Shown: positions 22,901 through 37,795 of the stretch, one piece after another | How the letters are laid out: each line of letters starts with the position of its first letter | Position numbering within the stretch: the first letter of the stretch is position 1 | NCBI GenBank assembly: GCA_951406725.2 | Contig: OX597821.1 | Span: 65,720,001 to 65,784,000, forward strand | Reading direction: 5' to 3' | DNA length: 64,000 nucleotides | Origin: Octopus vulgaris | Lineage: Eukaryota | The notes under the pieces: model-generated | What the model was told of the DNA's origin: nothing | The model's database searches: none | What the model saw: the letters and a program-made list of their open reading frames with translations, nothing else | Position numbers and translations under genes: made by a program

Positions 22901-23504
22901 AATTACGCACATTCACAAACATACATGCAAACATACACACATAATCAATTATATACATACACACACACACTCAATTACACATACACAAACATACATGCAA
23001 ACATACACACATAATCAATTATACACACACATGAATACATTTACACACATGCATAAATACACTCATTTATGCATACACATACATATTCATTTCACACACA
23101 CACACACACACACAAGTGTACACACATACTCATTTACGCATATACACACACTCATGCACAAATTTACACATATACATACATGCACATGTACTTACACACA
23201 CATGCATATATGTGCACACTCAAAAACACATTTACACACATATTCGTGCTTACTTTTTCACACACACACAAATACACACAAACTTGGTAGATACAATTGT
23301 TAAAATTACATAAATAAGGCAAAGCTAATAACTAGTAACCATAGCTTTATCCAGCAGGTTTGGAAACCTTGCTGAAACCTTCTTGCTGGCTCTTGATGTT
23401 GTACAGAATAGATGTATTAGAAATAGCTATTGTTGTGAATTTATTTTGCCCAAACTCTCTTTGACTGAACTAATCAAGGCCAAAGGCATTCTGGCCATGA
23501 CCAA

Positions 23505-23720
23505 AGGTGGTGAGCTGGCAGAAACGCTAGCATGCTAGGTGAAATGCTTAGCGGTATATCGTCTGTCTTTACATTCTGAGTTCAAATTCTGCCAAAGTTG
23601 TCTTCGCTTTTCATCCTTTCGGAGTCGATAAACTAAGTGCTAGTTGTGTCCTGGGATCGATCTAATCGACTGGCCCTCTCCCCCAAAATTTCAGGCCTTG
23701 TGCCTAGAGTAGAAAAGATT
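23505..23720 (+). mobile_element. SINE family C
   Basis: Matches 28728-28961. Confidence 0.78.
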
Positions 23721-23987
23721 CTGGCCATGATTATCGTGTCTTTTCAGTAATATCTAAAACTACAATCTTTTCTCGTTTGTCTATTTTAGCCTTTGGGCTG
23801 TGGCCATGCTAGGGCACTATGTTTAAGGATTTCAGTTGAACAAATCGACCAGGGTACTTATTTTTTGAAGTCTGGTACATAATCTATTAGTCTTGTTTGC
23901 TGAACTGCTAATTCATGGGGATGTCAACAAACCATCTCTGGTTGTCAAGTATCATGAGGGACAAACAAAAACACAATACACACACAG

Positions 23988-24026
<39 letters not shown>

Positions 24027-24653
24027 TACTTCTGGGCCACCCTGTATTTGTTGCAAGAAACACCTAGTTGTTTTCTCTAATGTTTTACTTCAATCTACAA
24101 GAGTATGGGAAAAACAAAATAGAAATTTTGAAAGAAGTATGTACAAAACTAATTCTTAGACATCAAATGGCTATGGGCAGGGGGTTCCACTGGAATAAAA
24201 TAGCAATCAAAAGGGTCCATATAATAAAGAATGGTTCGGAAAAACTGATTTACAGGATGATTTGGCTACTATTTCTAGTAGGTTGAGCAACCTGACAGAA
24301 GCTCCCAGAGGTTATGATTTCACATTCTCATAGGAATAACAACATGTAGCTGCATGACATCAACTGCAGGAATAATAGGACAATCAAATAAAGAATGGGG
24401 AGGCATTCAAAATATGGCTGCAACAGAATCTAGCCATTATTGGCAGGCAGAAAGAGGAGATGCACTTTGCAGTATATAGTGTGTCTGATTGCAGGCATCT
24501 GTGTACATTGCAATTAAATATAATGTATTCAATTTATGAAAAGCCTTGCAAACCTCATCTTGGCAACACTGCTGCTATATGCATCAGTTGTGCAGGGATT
24601 TTGTTTTATTTGTTTATGGGTTTTTTTTTTTGTATTTGTGTGTGCAACTGCAA

Positions 24654-24689
<36 letters not shown>

Positions 24690-24814
24690 GTGCATGTGTG
24701 TGCTTGAGATTGACAGGTAGATAGTGAGAGGGAGGAATATAGAGCGGGTAGAGAAGTAAGGATTTTATGCAATTGTACCTCTCTGGTGCAATCTGTGTAC
24801 GCTTGCAAGAGATA

Positions 24815-24856
<42 letters not shown>

Positions 24857-24879
24857 TTGTCAGCGTGTAGATGAGATAG

Positions 24880-24915
24880 ATAGATGATAGAAGATATAGA
24901 TAGATAGATAGAGAT

Positions 24916-24968
<53 letters not shown>

Positions 24969-25112
24969 AGAGATACAGAGAGAGAGAGAGTGTGAGGGAG
25001 AGAGACAGACAGGTAGACAGTTTTAGAGAGAGAAAAGAGGGAGATTGAATGGTAGAAAGGAATAGAAAAGTGAGATTTATCCTGGGTAGGAATGCATGGG
25101 TATTTGTGTGTG

Positions 25113-25151
<39 letters not shown>

Positions 25152-25400
25152 GTGCATGTGTGTGTGTGCACTTTAGATAAATAGATAGATAGATGGATAG
25201 ATAGGCAGAGAAGGTAGTTAGATAGATGGATAGATAGATAGATAGATAGAACAGATAGAAATAAATAGATAGATATATAGATGGATAGATATTGATAGAT
25301 ACAGATAAATAGATAGATATATAGATAGATACATAGATAGATAGATGGATAGATAGACAGATAAAGATGAATAAATAGATAGAGAGATGGGTAGATAGAC

Positions 25401-25471
<71 letters not shown>

Positions 25472-25540
25472 CAGATGGATAGATAGACAGATAGATAGAT
25501 AGATTAAGATAGATAAATAGATAGAGACAGATAGATAGTG
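24880..25540 (+). repeat. (GATA)n arrays with (GT)n
   Basis: Directly visible. Confidence 0.9.
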
Positions 25541-26660
25541 AGGGGTAGAAACAGTGATAGAAAGGGGTAGAAAAGTGAGAATTTAAGCAGTTGTACCTCA
25601 CTGGTGTAACCTGGGTAAAAGTGTGTGTGTGTGGGGGGTGTATCCTTGAGAGAGAAAGAAAGGGTGGGTAAGTGAATGACTGATATAAAGGAGTTGAGAA
25701 ACACTTATGTACAACACTTGTGCAATTTGTGTATGAGGGTGTATGAGTGTGTGTGTGAGAGAGAGAGATAATGTGTGATGGAGTGTATGTGTGAATGTAT
25801 GTGTGAGTATATATGTGTGTAAATGTGTGAGAGTGTGTATGTGTGTGTACATGAGTGTGAGTGTGTGTGTTTCTGTGTTGTTTGAGAAATGAGAGGGAGA
25901 AAAGACAAATACAAAGAAAGAACAGAGAGAGAGAGAGAGAGAGGAGAGGAAGAGAGAAATCAGGTGCTTCAAGTGTGTGTGTGTGTGTGTGTGTGTGTGG
26001 ACAGGTAATAGCTGCGAGAAGTGAAAAATAAGAGAGAATGCATTTGGAGAAGGAATAAAGGAACAGGTGAAGTAATAGCGAGAAGAATTAAGGTGTTGTT
26101 GGTCAAATAGATCAACATTGACCGTCTTGAATTTTCAATCTTTTCTTTGCAGGTGCTGTGTATCTTGGACTCTACTTGTTTAATGTGTTCTACCCTTTTT
26201 AAGATGACAAGAATAAAAGGACAGCAGATGGGTGGGTGGGTGAATGGATGTGGTATTTTGAGGGAGATTCCACCACTATTTCTAACAGGCTGAATGATTG
26301 CATGGAGAGGTGGTGGTGGTGGTGGAGGGGAAGGGGGGGTTCTCATGTTGGTTTGCAATAAAAGGTGTGAAGTGTGTCAAGGTAGTGCTAAATGGGGAAA
26401 ATAAAGAAAGGCGCAGAGAGTAGCTGGAGAAGGAGGAGGAGGAGAAGGAGAAGTGGGAGAAAGAAGCTGTGAATGAAAGAGCGAGAGAAAGGGAGAGCAT
26501 AAGGGAAAGAAGCTGGGAGAGGGAGAGATTCAGAGAAGTGAACAAAGTGGAAAAGGTGTGTGTATGTGTGTGTGTGTCTATATCAATCTATCTTTCTACC
26601 CATCTATGTATGTATGTATGTATGTATGTATGTATGTATGTATGTATGTATGTATGTATG

Positions 26661-26707
<47 letters not shown>

Positions 26708-28479
26708 CTAGGAAATATTCATCATCTTTTAATCTTTTAATGATGGTGCCCCAGCTTGGTCACCGCCTTTGGCTGAAACAAGTTAAATGTATGTATGAAT
26801 ATGTATGTATATGTGTGTGCGTGTATACAATTTAGGATCAGGTGTATTTTCCATGCAAGCATCGGTTATGCATATATATGTATGTGTATGTGTGAATATA
26901 TATATATATATATATATCGTCATTTAATGTCTGCCTTCTATGCTGACATGGGTGGGATACACACACACACACACACATGTGTATATAGAAAGATAGATAC
27001 AGAAATGTGTGTATGTGTTGATATAGAAAGAAAGAGGATATAAAGCAAGAATATACAGAATGTAAAGCAAGAGAGATTCTATAAACCAACCATGGTCTCT
27101 CTCTCTCTCTCTCTCTCTTCTCTCTATTGTAGGCTATCAATGATAGGTTGAACATACAGAAAGCGAACCATAAAACAGCATGAAATCTACTGAAGGTGGC
27201 AGTTATTGTATCCAGGTGAAACACCTTCACAAGCAGGTAGAGATCAAAGAAAACCATTACTGACATTGATGCTGATGCTGCTGCTGCTGTTGTTGTTCTT
27301 TAAGCCAAAGCTGAACTGATTGAGCAGCCTATGTTCAATGGCATTCCACATGTGACCATCCTGTCTTTTTAGGCTGTATAATGTAACAGATGATGGTGTG
27401 TGTTGTTTTGCTTTTTGGTTATTTTTTCCAAAACATTTAGGAGATTCAAAGAAGGATGGTGAGATTTGGCTGTTATTTCTTTCGGGCCATACAACTATAT
27501 AGGAGATTATCTATCTTTATATTTCACTTGTTTTACTCTTTTGACTGAGGCCAAGCTGGAGCACTGCCTTGAAGGATTTAGCTGAATAAATCTACCCCAA
27601 TACTTTTGTTTTTCTAAGTCTGGCACGTAATCTATTAGTCACTTTTAGCTGAACTACTCAGTTATGGGGATGTCAATAAACTAACACCAGTTGTCAAGCA
27701 GTTGTTGGGGACAAACACAAAGACACACACACACACACACATAGATATTCAAAAGATTTCTTTCAGCTTCCAAAAGGTCTCCTTTTTAAAAGAGCTGGGT
27801 GCAGTGTGAGGGAGATTTGGCTCTTATTTCTAAATGCCCAAATCAATTGGTGCCACTATCTCTCACCAGCACCAGAACCACCACCACCACCACCACCACC
27901 AATTCCATCACTATTGCCACTACCACCATTACTGCCACCACCCCCAAGTCTACCACCATTACCACCACCATCACCACTGCCACCACCACTGTTGCTACTT
28001 ATAAAGCCACCACCACCACCACCACCATGTCAGTTTGCTTCTGACATCATCCGGAATGGTTCCAAGTGAAATGAGAAAAATAAAACACTTGCAGATTTGT
28101 CTGAATCTCGATTCCATTCACATTGCAGATTGCTGATGCTTTCTATAAGAATATTAAAATTAAACCCCAGAAGGATATGGTAAAGTTGATGCCAGTAGGT
28201 TTTGAACTCAAAACATGAAAGCGCCGTATCTAAATGCCATGGACATTTCATCTCATGCTCTCATCACTCTTCTAATAAACCGACCGACCGGAGTTGATTC
28301 TCTGATGCTGATGGAGTGGGAGTGGTAAGAGGTTATTGATATCAATCACTTGGTGATCTATTTTGACCGTTTGACCATTTGATGTTCAATACTTCGACAG
28401 TAAGAGGAAAGAGAGGTGACGATGATGGTGGTGGTGGCAGTGATGGGGGTGACTGTGGATGTGGTGGTAGAGTCAATAG

Positions 28480-29047
28480 TGGTAGTGGAGTTGGTGATGG
28501 TGGCAGCGTCAGCAGTGTGCTGGGGTCAGCAGTGGTGATGGTGGAGTTGGTGATGGTGGTGAAGTCGGCGATGGTGATGGAGTTGGCGATGGTGGTGGAG
28601 TCAAGGATGGTGCTGGAGTCAAGGATGGTATTGGAGTTGGTGATGGTGGTGGAGTTGGCGAAGATGATGGAGTTGGTGATGGTGATGACAGTGATGGTGC
28701 TGGAGTCAGTGTTTGTAGTGGAGTTGGTGAGGCGGCAAGCTGGCAGAAACGTTAGCACGCCGGGCGAAATGCTAAGCGGTATTTCGTCTGCCATTATGTT
28801 CTGAGTTCAAATTCCGCTGAGGTTGACTTTGCCTTTCATCCTTTCGGGGTCGATAAATTAAGTACCAGTTACGCACCGGGGTCGATATAATCGACTTAAT
28901 TCGTTTGTCTGTCCTTGTTTGTCCCCTCTGTGTGTAGCCCCTTGTGGGTAGTAAAAAATAAGATGGTGCTGGAGTGTGTGATGGTACTGGAGTCAGAGAT
29001 GATGCTGGGGTCGGCAATGATGCTGGAGTTGACAATGGTGGTGGAGT
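28480..29047 (+). repeat. 18-bp minisatellite (GATGGTGSTGGAGTYRGY) split by a family-C SINE
   Basis: Tandem 18-nt units at 28480-28727 resume at 28962-29047. Confidence 0.8.
28728..28961 (+). mobile_element. tRNA-derived SINE family C
   Basis: GGCGGCAAGCTGGCAGAAACGTTAGC head, GAGTTCAAATTC B box, central GCCTTTCATCCTTTCGGGGTCGATAAATTAAGTACCAG domain. Other copies at 23505-23720, 38238-38460 and 50335-50560. Confidence 0.82.
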
Positions 29048-31249
29048 ATTTATGTATATACATGCACGTATGTATGCATACATGCATGCATCTGTGTGTA
29101 TGCATGTTTGCATATATTTGCATGCCTGTATGCTATATATGTATGCATGCATATTTATGTATATGTAGACACGTATATATATGCATATATATGTATGTAC
29201 ATGTATGTTAAAGCACATGACTTAGTGGCTGGGGCAATTGGCTTGTGATCGTAAGGTTGTGAGTTCACTTCCTGGCAGCATTTGTGCTTCTGAGCAAGGC
29301 ATTTTATTCATACTGTTCCACTCAGCTTCCAAAAATGAGTTGTACCTGTATTTCAAAGGGCCAACTTTGTCCCATTATGTGTTACGCTTAATCTCCCTGA
29401 GAACAATGTTCAGGGTAACTTTGTCTGTGGAGCGCTCAGCCACTTGCACATTAATTTCATGAGCAGGCAGTTACATTGTCCAGATCGACTGAAACCTACA
29501 TCATTGTAATCGACGGATGCCAGTAGTAAGCATACGTTTGAATAGATGCAGTGTGGCTGAATGCTTAAGATGTTTGCTAAGCAACTTCAAGAGCTCAGGT
29601 TCAATCCTAATGCATAGCATCATGAGCAGAGCCTCCAACTGTCTGTTTTGGTATGGTTTCTACAGCTGTATGCCCTCCCAAATGCCAACCACTTTACATA
29701 GTGCAACACCAGCACAGAAGCTTTTCACATGGTACCAGCACAGAAGCTTTTCACATGGTACCAGTACAGGTAGGTGCCCAGAATTCTATTCAACCAGTGG
29801 CTACTTGCAATATCACTGAATGATTTATTCATCGTTTCTTATATAGAAATGACAAATTCTCGTCTGAGAAAGGGGCTAGCTTTTTAGATGTTATCTCAGG
29901 AAAAACACTGCTCTAAATGGCTCATCGACAACGTGTATACAATAAGTATGATAGTTGGATGGCTATTATAACCAGTGCTACCTTCAGGGACCCATATCTG
30001 ATCGATGTAATTTGTAGCATGCAATCGATAAATAAATATTATAGGGTCCAATTGTGAAGATGCATGGCTTAGTAGTTAGAGCATTGGGGATGCAATAATA
30101 AGGTTGTGAGTTTGATTCCCGGACCGGGCTGCATGTTTTGTTCTTAAGCAAAACACTTTATTTCACATGGCTCCAGTTCACTCAGCTGGTGCCAAGCTCT
30201 ATCAGCCTTTGCCTTTCCTTTGGATGACATCGGTGGCATGGAGATTGGGGGGGGGGGGTATACATGGGCAGCTGCTAGTCTTCCATAAGCAACCTTGCTC
30301 AGACATGTGCCTTGTGGGGGAGGGTAACTTTCGAGGTGCAGTCCCATTATTATTCATGACCAAAGGGAGTCTTTATCCTTACTCTATAGGGTCAAGGCAT
30401 ATAATTCAGTGGTTAGAGTGTCGGGCTCACAATCACAAGGTTGAGAGTTCAAATCCTGGACTGGGCTGTGTGTTGTGTTCTTGAGCAAGACACTTTATTT
30501 CACGTTGCAGTAGAAATAGGTTGAGACGTGTTAAGCTCTGTCGGCCTTTGCCTTTCCCTTGGACAACATTAGTGGTGTGAAGAAGGGAGGCTTGTGTGCA
30601 TGGGCGACTGATGGTCCTTCTTAAACAACCTTGCCTGGATTTGAGCCTCAGAGGGGAACTTTCCAAATGCAATCCCATGGTCATTCATTAACAAAGGGGA
30701 GTTTTTATCCCTAGCCTATAGGGTCCAGTGCAATGAATTTCCCAGGGTGATCTGATTATAACACTTTTAGATTATAAATTATTTAATAAATACTTCAGTG
30801 TGATAATGTAAAAATGGTAGGAGACGAAGTCCTTAATTGTGAAATGTAGGCTTGGAGCCTTTAGTCAAAATGGTTTGCGGACAATTCTGAAAGCAGAGCA
30901 ATTTTCGTTGTGTCTAGCAATGCTATTACTTTACAATGGCAATAACAACGATGGTAGCAGTAACAACAACAACAATCACAATAACAACAGCATTGCATCA
31001 GTAATAAACAGACAACAACAAAAAAAGAAAAATATGTCAGCAACAGCAACAAAAGCATAGAAACAACAACAGCTATCCTAGTAACAACAGCAATTACAGA
31101 GTAACATAGCCAATACAGGAAGAACAAAAATAAACAAACGAACAAATAAAAGAACAAAATGTAAAAAAAAAGAAAAAAAAAGAAGACAACCAGCAGTGGG
31201 AGGAGAAGTAATATGTCAATAGACTGGATATTTTCCAGAACACCCATTT

Positions 31250-31270
31250 ATGTGTGTGTGTATCTATGTG

Positions 31271-31318
<48 letters not shown>

Positions 31319-31395
31319 CATATACATATATACACATATATATATATATACATATACATATATACACATATATATATATACATATATATATACAC

Positions 31396-31426
<31 letters not shown>

Positions 31427-31633
31427 CATATATATATACATATAAATATATACATATATATACATATAAATATATACATATATATATATACATATATATA
31501 CATATATATATATATACATATATACATATACATATATATATATATACATATATACATATATATATACATATATATATACATATATATATACATATATATA
31601 TATACATATATATATATATACATATATATATAC

Positions 31634-31664
<31 letters not shown>

Positions 31665-31695
31665 CATATATACATACATATATATATATACATAC

Positions 31696-31756
<61 letters not shown>

Positions 31757-31825
31757 CCTTTTCACCCTTATATTTATATATATATATACACATATATATA
31801 CACACACACACACACGTATATATAT
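31250..31825. repeat. Compound (TA)n/(TACA) microsatellite
   Basis: Directly visible; source of many spurious YI/HI-rich ORFs. Confidence 0.95.
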
Positions 31826-32265
31826 ACGAAGGTCTGTGGAACTACAGCACATTTTTGCCAATCTGATGGCGCCTTCCTATAAGACATAAACAGGCTTTGA
31901 CAATGCTGATGTGGAACATGAAAATTGATTATTACTGACACTCAAACCTACCAAAGGGAATCAGAATGGCCATAATTTTTTCAGGCTATAAATTCTAGGA
32001 GAGGTTATTGCGGTACGTTGGAAATTGTGGTATATGGAATTCAATAATACATATATACATACATACATTATATATAAATATAAATATATATATGTGTGTG
32101 TGTGGGTACGCAAATACATATGTATCTGTGTGTATGTTTTACGTATGTATCTGTGTATATGTATACATATGCATGTGTGTGTGTGTGTATGTATTAATAT
32201 ATACATACACACCTACAGAAACACACATAAACATATATACATACATGAGCATATATATGTGTGTA

Positions 32266-32309
<44 letters not shown>

Positions 32310-32537
32310 CACACATACACATACATACCAACATATATATGCATGCATTATCTATACGTATATACACAAACACACATATACATGTATATACATACACTCA
32401 TATATATGCACGTGCACAAGCATTTATATACATACGTGCATACAAATATATACATACATGTATATATAAATATATACATATATATATATATACATTTATG
32501 CATATCTAATATCGATCTCGCAATGTGTGTATGTATG

Positions 32538-32592
<55 letters not shown>

Positions 32593-32916
32593 ATTACTAA
32601 TAAACATTTATATGTACATACTCATACATCCACACACATACACACACACGTATAACTTAAATAAGATCAAATGTTCTTCCATGCAATAGGCTTGTGAGGT
32701 TGGTGTTCTAGATTCTGTGGTGCACATATCCCACCGACCGGACAAGATATTGGTCTTTAGCAGAATCACTCAAAGTCGTCAGCTGAGTGGAATGGAACAA
32801 CAAGAAATGAAGCGGTTTCCTCAAGAACACAACATATGCCTTGTCCAAGAATCGAAACCACAATCCTACAGTCACAATTGCATAGTCTCTGAACCACATG
32901 TCATCTCCTTGCTCCA

Positions 32917-32964
<48 letters not shown>

Positions 32965-33562
32965 CACCCTGCCCATACTTGTCTGTGCATACATATATAT
33001 ATATGTGTGTGTCTGTGTGTGTATAAATAAATATAAGCATACCTAGATAAATTGTGAGTGTGTGTATCTGTACATCCACACACAAATACACACATAAGGA
33101 GTAATAAATTCCTTTGCAAAACAACAAATCAAAACAAAACAAAAACAAAAGAGAAATAAAAGCAGACAACAGTAGCGATGGTTCAAGTTTACATGGAAAG
33201 AAATTTCGGTAAACAAGTCGAAACAGATGGTGTTTATAGACATGAGTGGTAATTCCGCTTGATTTATCAGCGTATGATGTTCGGCCTTGTAAATGTAAAC
33301 ACAGATCTATGTATGCACGTAAATGTGGCTAGTTTAAACAAAAACTACTACAGCATAAGACAAAACATGTGTATGCTTGTTTTCCTATCAGATGCTGCAG
33401 ATGACGTATGATTGACTGTCTGTATGTGTTTGTGTGTGAGAGTATATGCGTATATATGCGTGTTACTGAGATATGTCAATGAGTAATGGAATATAGATAT
33501 ATAGATGCACTCACAGATGTATCTGTGAGTGCATCTATATATCTATATGCCCTCACTCTGTA

Positions 33563-33620
<58 letters not shown>

Positions 33621-33679
33621 ACTATCTATCTATCTATCTATTTCTATCGCTTTATCTCTTTGTTTGTTTGTGTGTGTAT

Positions 33680-34085
33680 ACTCTTTACTCTCTTTTACTC
33701 TTTTGCTTGTTTCAGTCATTTAACTGTGGCCGTGCTGGAGCACCACCGTTAGTTGAGTAAATCGACCCCAGCACTTATTCTTTGGAAGCCTAGTACTTAT
33801 TCTATCGGTCTCTTTTGCTGAACCGCTAAGTTACGGGGACGTAAACAAACCACCATCAGTTGTCAAGCAATGTTGAGGGGGACAAACATACACACATACA
33901 TACATATATATATACACATATATACGACGGGCTTCTTTCCGTTTCCGTCTACCAAATCCACTCACAAGGCTTTGGTCGGCCCGAGGCTATAGTAGAAGAC
34001 ACTTGCCCAAGGTGCCACGCAGTCGGAATGAACCCGGAACCATGTGGTTGGTAAGCAACCTACTTACCACACAGCCACTCCTGCA

Positions 34086-34088
<3 letters not shown>
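33680..34088 (-). mobile_element. SINE family A, full length
   Basis: Head AGGAGTGGCTGTGTGGTAAGTAG, body and tail all present. Confidence 0.85.
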
Positions 34089-34120
<32 letters not shown>

Positions 34121-34798
34121 AAATGGAGCTTTAATTGGTTATGGCATACAGCTGGTATCCTTAAATTTGCCACTTGGTGGGGTTTTGTCTTACAAAGTAC
34201 TTGGTGACCCAGTGATTGCGTCACATACTAAACACTGGCATTGGCACCATGTAAAAAGCAACGGTGATGGCGCCATCTAAAAACCATCCAGTAAACTCTA
34301 TGAAGTAGTTGATATTAGGAAGGGCACCAAGCTGCAGACACCATGCAAAAACCAAACAATGGATCCTGGTGTGGCTCCTGGCCTCACCAGCACCTGTCAA
34401 ACCTTCCAACTCAAATCAGCATGGAAAATAGACATTACATAATGATGATACTGCACTTGGCAATACTGATGATTCTACAGACATGATGACTAGTAGCATG
34501 TATATATATAAAGTAAGACACTCTTATCTGTCCCCTCTATATCTTAAATCCCTCAACTGGCACAAAACCACACCCACTCAATACTACTCCCCACTTCCAG
34601 TTGAGGTATTTTTGTCATGCAGGTTACTTGGTCACCCTGTCAGTGCTGGTGCCATATAAAAAGAACTGGTACTGGTACCATGTGAAAAGTGCTAGTAATG
34701 GTTCCACATAGAAAGCACTGATGCTGGTGCCACGTAAGACGTATCCATTATACTCTGTGAAGTGGTTGGCATTAGGAATGGCATCCAACTGTAGAAAA

Positions 34799-35105
34799 CA
34801 GTGGTTCCCAAACTTCTTCAGGCTATCGTCCCCTTGGTGCCCAGGCCACATTCCTAGCACCCCCTTCCCTCTCCACCATAAATATAGACCACTTTCTGCA
34901 GCAAATTCAAAACAACTGTATTTCACAAATAAAACTTAGACCTAATTACTGTATCGATATATATTTTATATTTTTTTACATATATCATCCCATTTTGGCC
35001 AGCCCATTATCATTGCACTTTTCTTCAACGTTCCCCTACCCCCGTCCTGGATCTTTCCACCGCCCCCAAGGGGGGAGGGAGTACTGTCCACTTTGAGAAC
35101 CACTG
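34799..35105. mobile_element. hAT (Charlie-type) MITE
   Basis: TIRs CAGTGGTTCCCAAA / TTTGAGAACCACTG; inserted into a family-B element; degenerate 8-bp TSD GTAGAAAA/GTATCAAC. Confidence 0.75.
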
Positions 35106-35484
35106 GTATCAACCATGCCAATACAGAATATGGGACCTGGTGTCACTCCTGGCCTTGTCAGTTCCTGTCAAACCTTCTCACCCAACCCATGCCAGCATGG
35201 AAAGCGGATGTTAAATGATGATGATGATGATAATGATTAAAAACACCCTGTTCAGCTTGCTTCTCGATTGGCAAAAAGTGCTTTGCCCATAACCAAGCAC
35301 TATGCATAAATGTAAGTGTGTATTTGTATGTGTGAGTGCGTGTGTGTGTGTGTGTGTGTGTGTGTTTGTGCGAGTCTTTGCACACAGATTGCAGGGCCAG
35401 ATTGTCCCTTCATCAGTCATCAACTGCATATGACAAAAGTTTCAATATGATAACAGTATTTCTTTCACTGTGAAAACAGTTCCA

Positions 35485-35533
<49 letters not shown>

Positions 35534-35536
35534 TTG

Positions 35537-35575
<39 letters not shown>

Positions 35576-35735
35576 TTGATGTATGATTTTGATTTTGATC
35601 TTTCCAGTTTCAGCTCATGAGCTGTGGCCATGCTGGGGCACCGCCATTTGGGGAATCAGCAAATAGAGGAATCGTACCTCAAAGAGGTATTTTTCAATAA
35701 ACTGCCATACAAAACCCAAACTTTGCTCTCAGCCG

Positions 35736-35778
<43 letters not shown>

Positions 35779-36008
35779 GTTGATGTTTAGGGTGACTGTA
35801 GCTACCACTTGAGTAGGTTGTAAGTCTATTTACTGAATAAATAAAGTATAGGGTAAGGTATCGACATCAGATATGGTGTATTTGTGGGTTTCATACTTTG
35901 TAAACCTGGAATCTATGAGAATGAAATACAAGTAAATACATTCTAACGGAGGAGAGGAAAGTTTATTTTCACAGCCATCAATTTGTTTTCTACCCCTATG
36001 TGGGTGGG

Positions 36009-36044
<36 letters not shown>

Positions 36045-36071
36045 TTACCCGTGTGAAATAAAATAACTTTG

Positions 36072-36129
<58 letters not shown>

Positions 36130-37131
36130 AGTACCAATTGAATCTGAGTAATTGTTGTCACAGCTGAATGCACAGGTGTTTTAATTATTTTTCATTCTTA
36201 CTCACTACTAATTAAACAACAACTCTGATGTAAACAAGCTAATGGAATTTTATGCGGTCAATCCATTTGCTAGAAATAGCACACAAATTTTCTTCAAATG
36301 TCACACTATAATCTAAACAAGATATACAAATAATGAAAGTGGTTTTGGTGGAATATCGTTGATCCAATTTTTTCTTGATTAGGTCTGACCAGGGGCTAAA
36401 CAGCAATAGCTACTTAACAGTGAACAAGACAGTGAAAATGCTATTATGTAGTCAAACGATTTGCTAGAAATAGCAGACAAATGTCTTTCAAATCACACAG
36501 TCGTCATCATAATCATCATTATGTTTTCCATGCTGGTATGGGTTGGTAGATTTGAGAGGAGTTAGAAAGCCAGAGAACTGTACCAGGCTCAATTGTCTGC
36601 TTTGCCATAGTTTCTATGGCTGGATGCTTTTCCTAATGCCAATCAACACCAACCACTTCACAGACTGTACTGGTTGCTTTCTATGTGGCACCAGCACCAA
36701 CAGGGTGACCAAGTAATTTACAAGACAAAGAACCATTGAGGAGCAGTGGTATTGAAGGACATGGCTCTGTACCAGTTAAGAGGTTAGTGTATAACAGACG
36801 GATGGAAATAGGTGTCTTGGAATAGAGGAGATACTTGGCCACCCCAGTTGGAGAAGAAAGGAGAGAAAAGAGAAATAGAGTGAGAGTAATAGATAGAGAG
36901 AGACATACAGACATTAGTTTAAAAATAAGGAGAGATACCTTAGACAATATTCTTTCATTCTTTTACTTGTTTTGGTCATTTGACTGCAGCCACCTTTAGT
37001 CAAGTAAATTGACCCCAGGACTGATTCTTTGTAAGCCTAGTACTTATTCTATCGGTCTCTTTTGCCAAACTACTAGCATGGAAAGTGGGCGTTAAACAAT
37101 GATGACAATGATGTATGGATATGTCACTTAC

Positions 37132-37253
37132 CTTACAAACCCGTGCAACTCGTGAATATATTTTCTTCCCACAGTTGCCATATTCTACAGCCAACTCTCT
37201 CAAGAAAAACAGAACTTGGTCTTTTGTATTGAACGAAGCTACAAACTGTGGTT
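37132..37253 (-). CDS. Sema2a: Semaphorin exon C: EPQFVASFNTKDQVLFFLRELAVEYGNCGKKIYSRVARVCK
   Basis: Acceptor TTGTAG|AA, donor AAG|GTAAGT; 122 nt, phase 1 to 0. Hallmark semaphorin SRVARVCK motif. Confidence 0.96.
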
Positions 37254-37382
37254 CTACAACAGAGAAGAAAAAGAAAAGGGTTTAGTTTCAGAAATTATTA
37301 GTCAATTTATGGTTTAACTCAAGGAAGTGACAAATTATAGATAAGCAACAGAATTTTATCTTCTTACAGATTAAATTTTTCT

Positions 37383-37795
37383 TTAATCCTTTAGCATTCA
37401 GATTATCCCATCATATGTAATGCTTATTCATTCACATTATTTATTTATTCACTACACTCACGGAGTGGTTGGCATTAGGAAGGGCATCCAGCTGTAGAAA
37501 CTCAGCCAGATCAGATTGGAGCCTGGTGCAGCCATCTGGTTCACCAGACCTCAGTCAAATCATCCAACCCATGCAACCCATGGAAAGCGGACGTTAAACG
37601 ATGATGATGATGATTATGATTATCTTGAATTAATCCTGTATTATCTTGTGGCTTTGAGATTTCAATGATGCGATTGTTTATTTTTAGAATGACGTTATGG
37701 GGTAGGTGTGAGAGGCCAGATCTGGCTGGTTCGGACATAAGACAGGTAGAACATATTTGTGCTGGATATGGCCAGATTAAATACTGAAGGGTTAT
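37383..37795. mobile_element. TTAA-bounded (piggyBac-type) MITE with nested family-B element
   Basis: TTAATCCTTTAGCATT ... AATACTGAAGGGTTA. Related copies at 17324-18038, 7075-7262 and 10595-10710. Confidence 0.65.

Noticed and set aside
22517-23014. ORF with a non-repetitive N-terminus (MYEIDLSSREERDLWYILPN...)
   Set aside because: No recognisable domain, non-ATG start, and it runs into a CA-rich minisatellite.
27799-28804. Thr/Pro-rich mucin- or extensin-like ORFs
   Set aside because: They arise from (ACC)n and an 18-bp minisatellite interrupted by a SINE, with no splice-consistent link to a gene.
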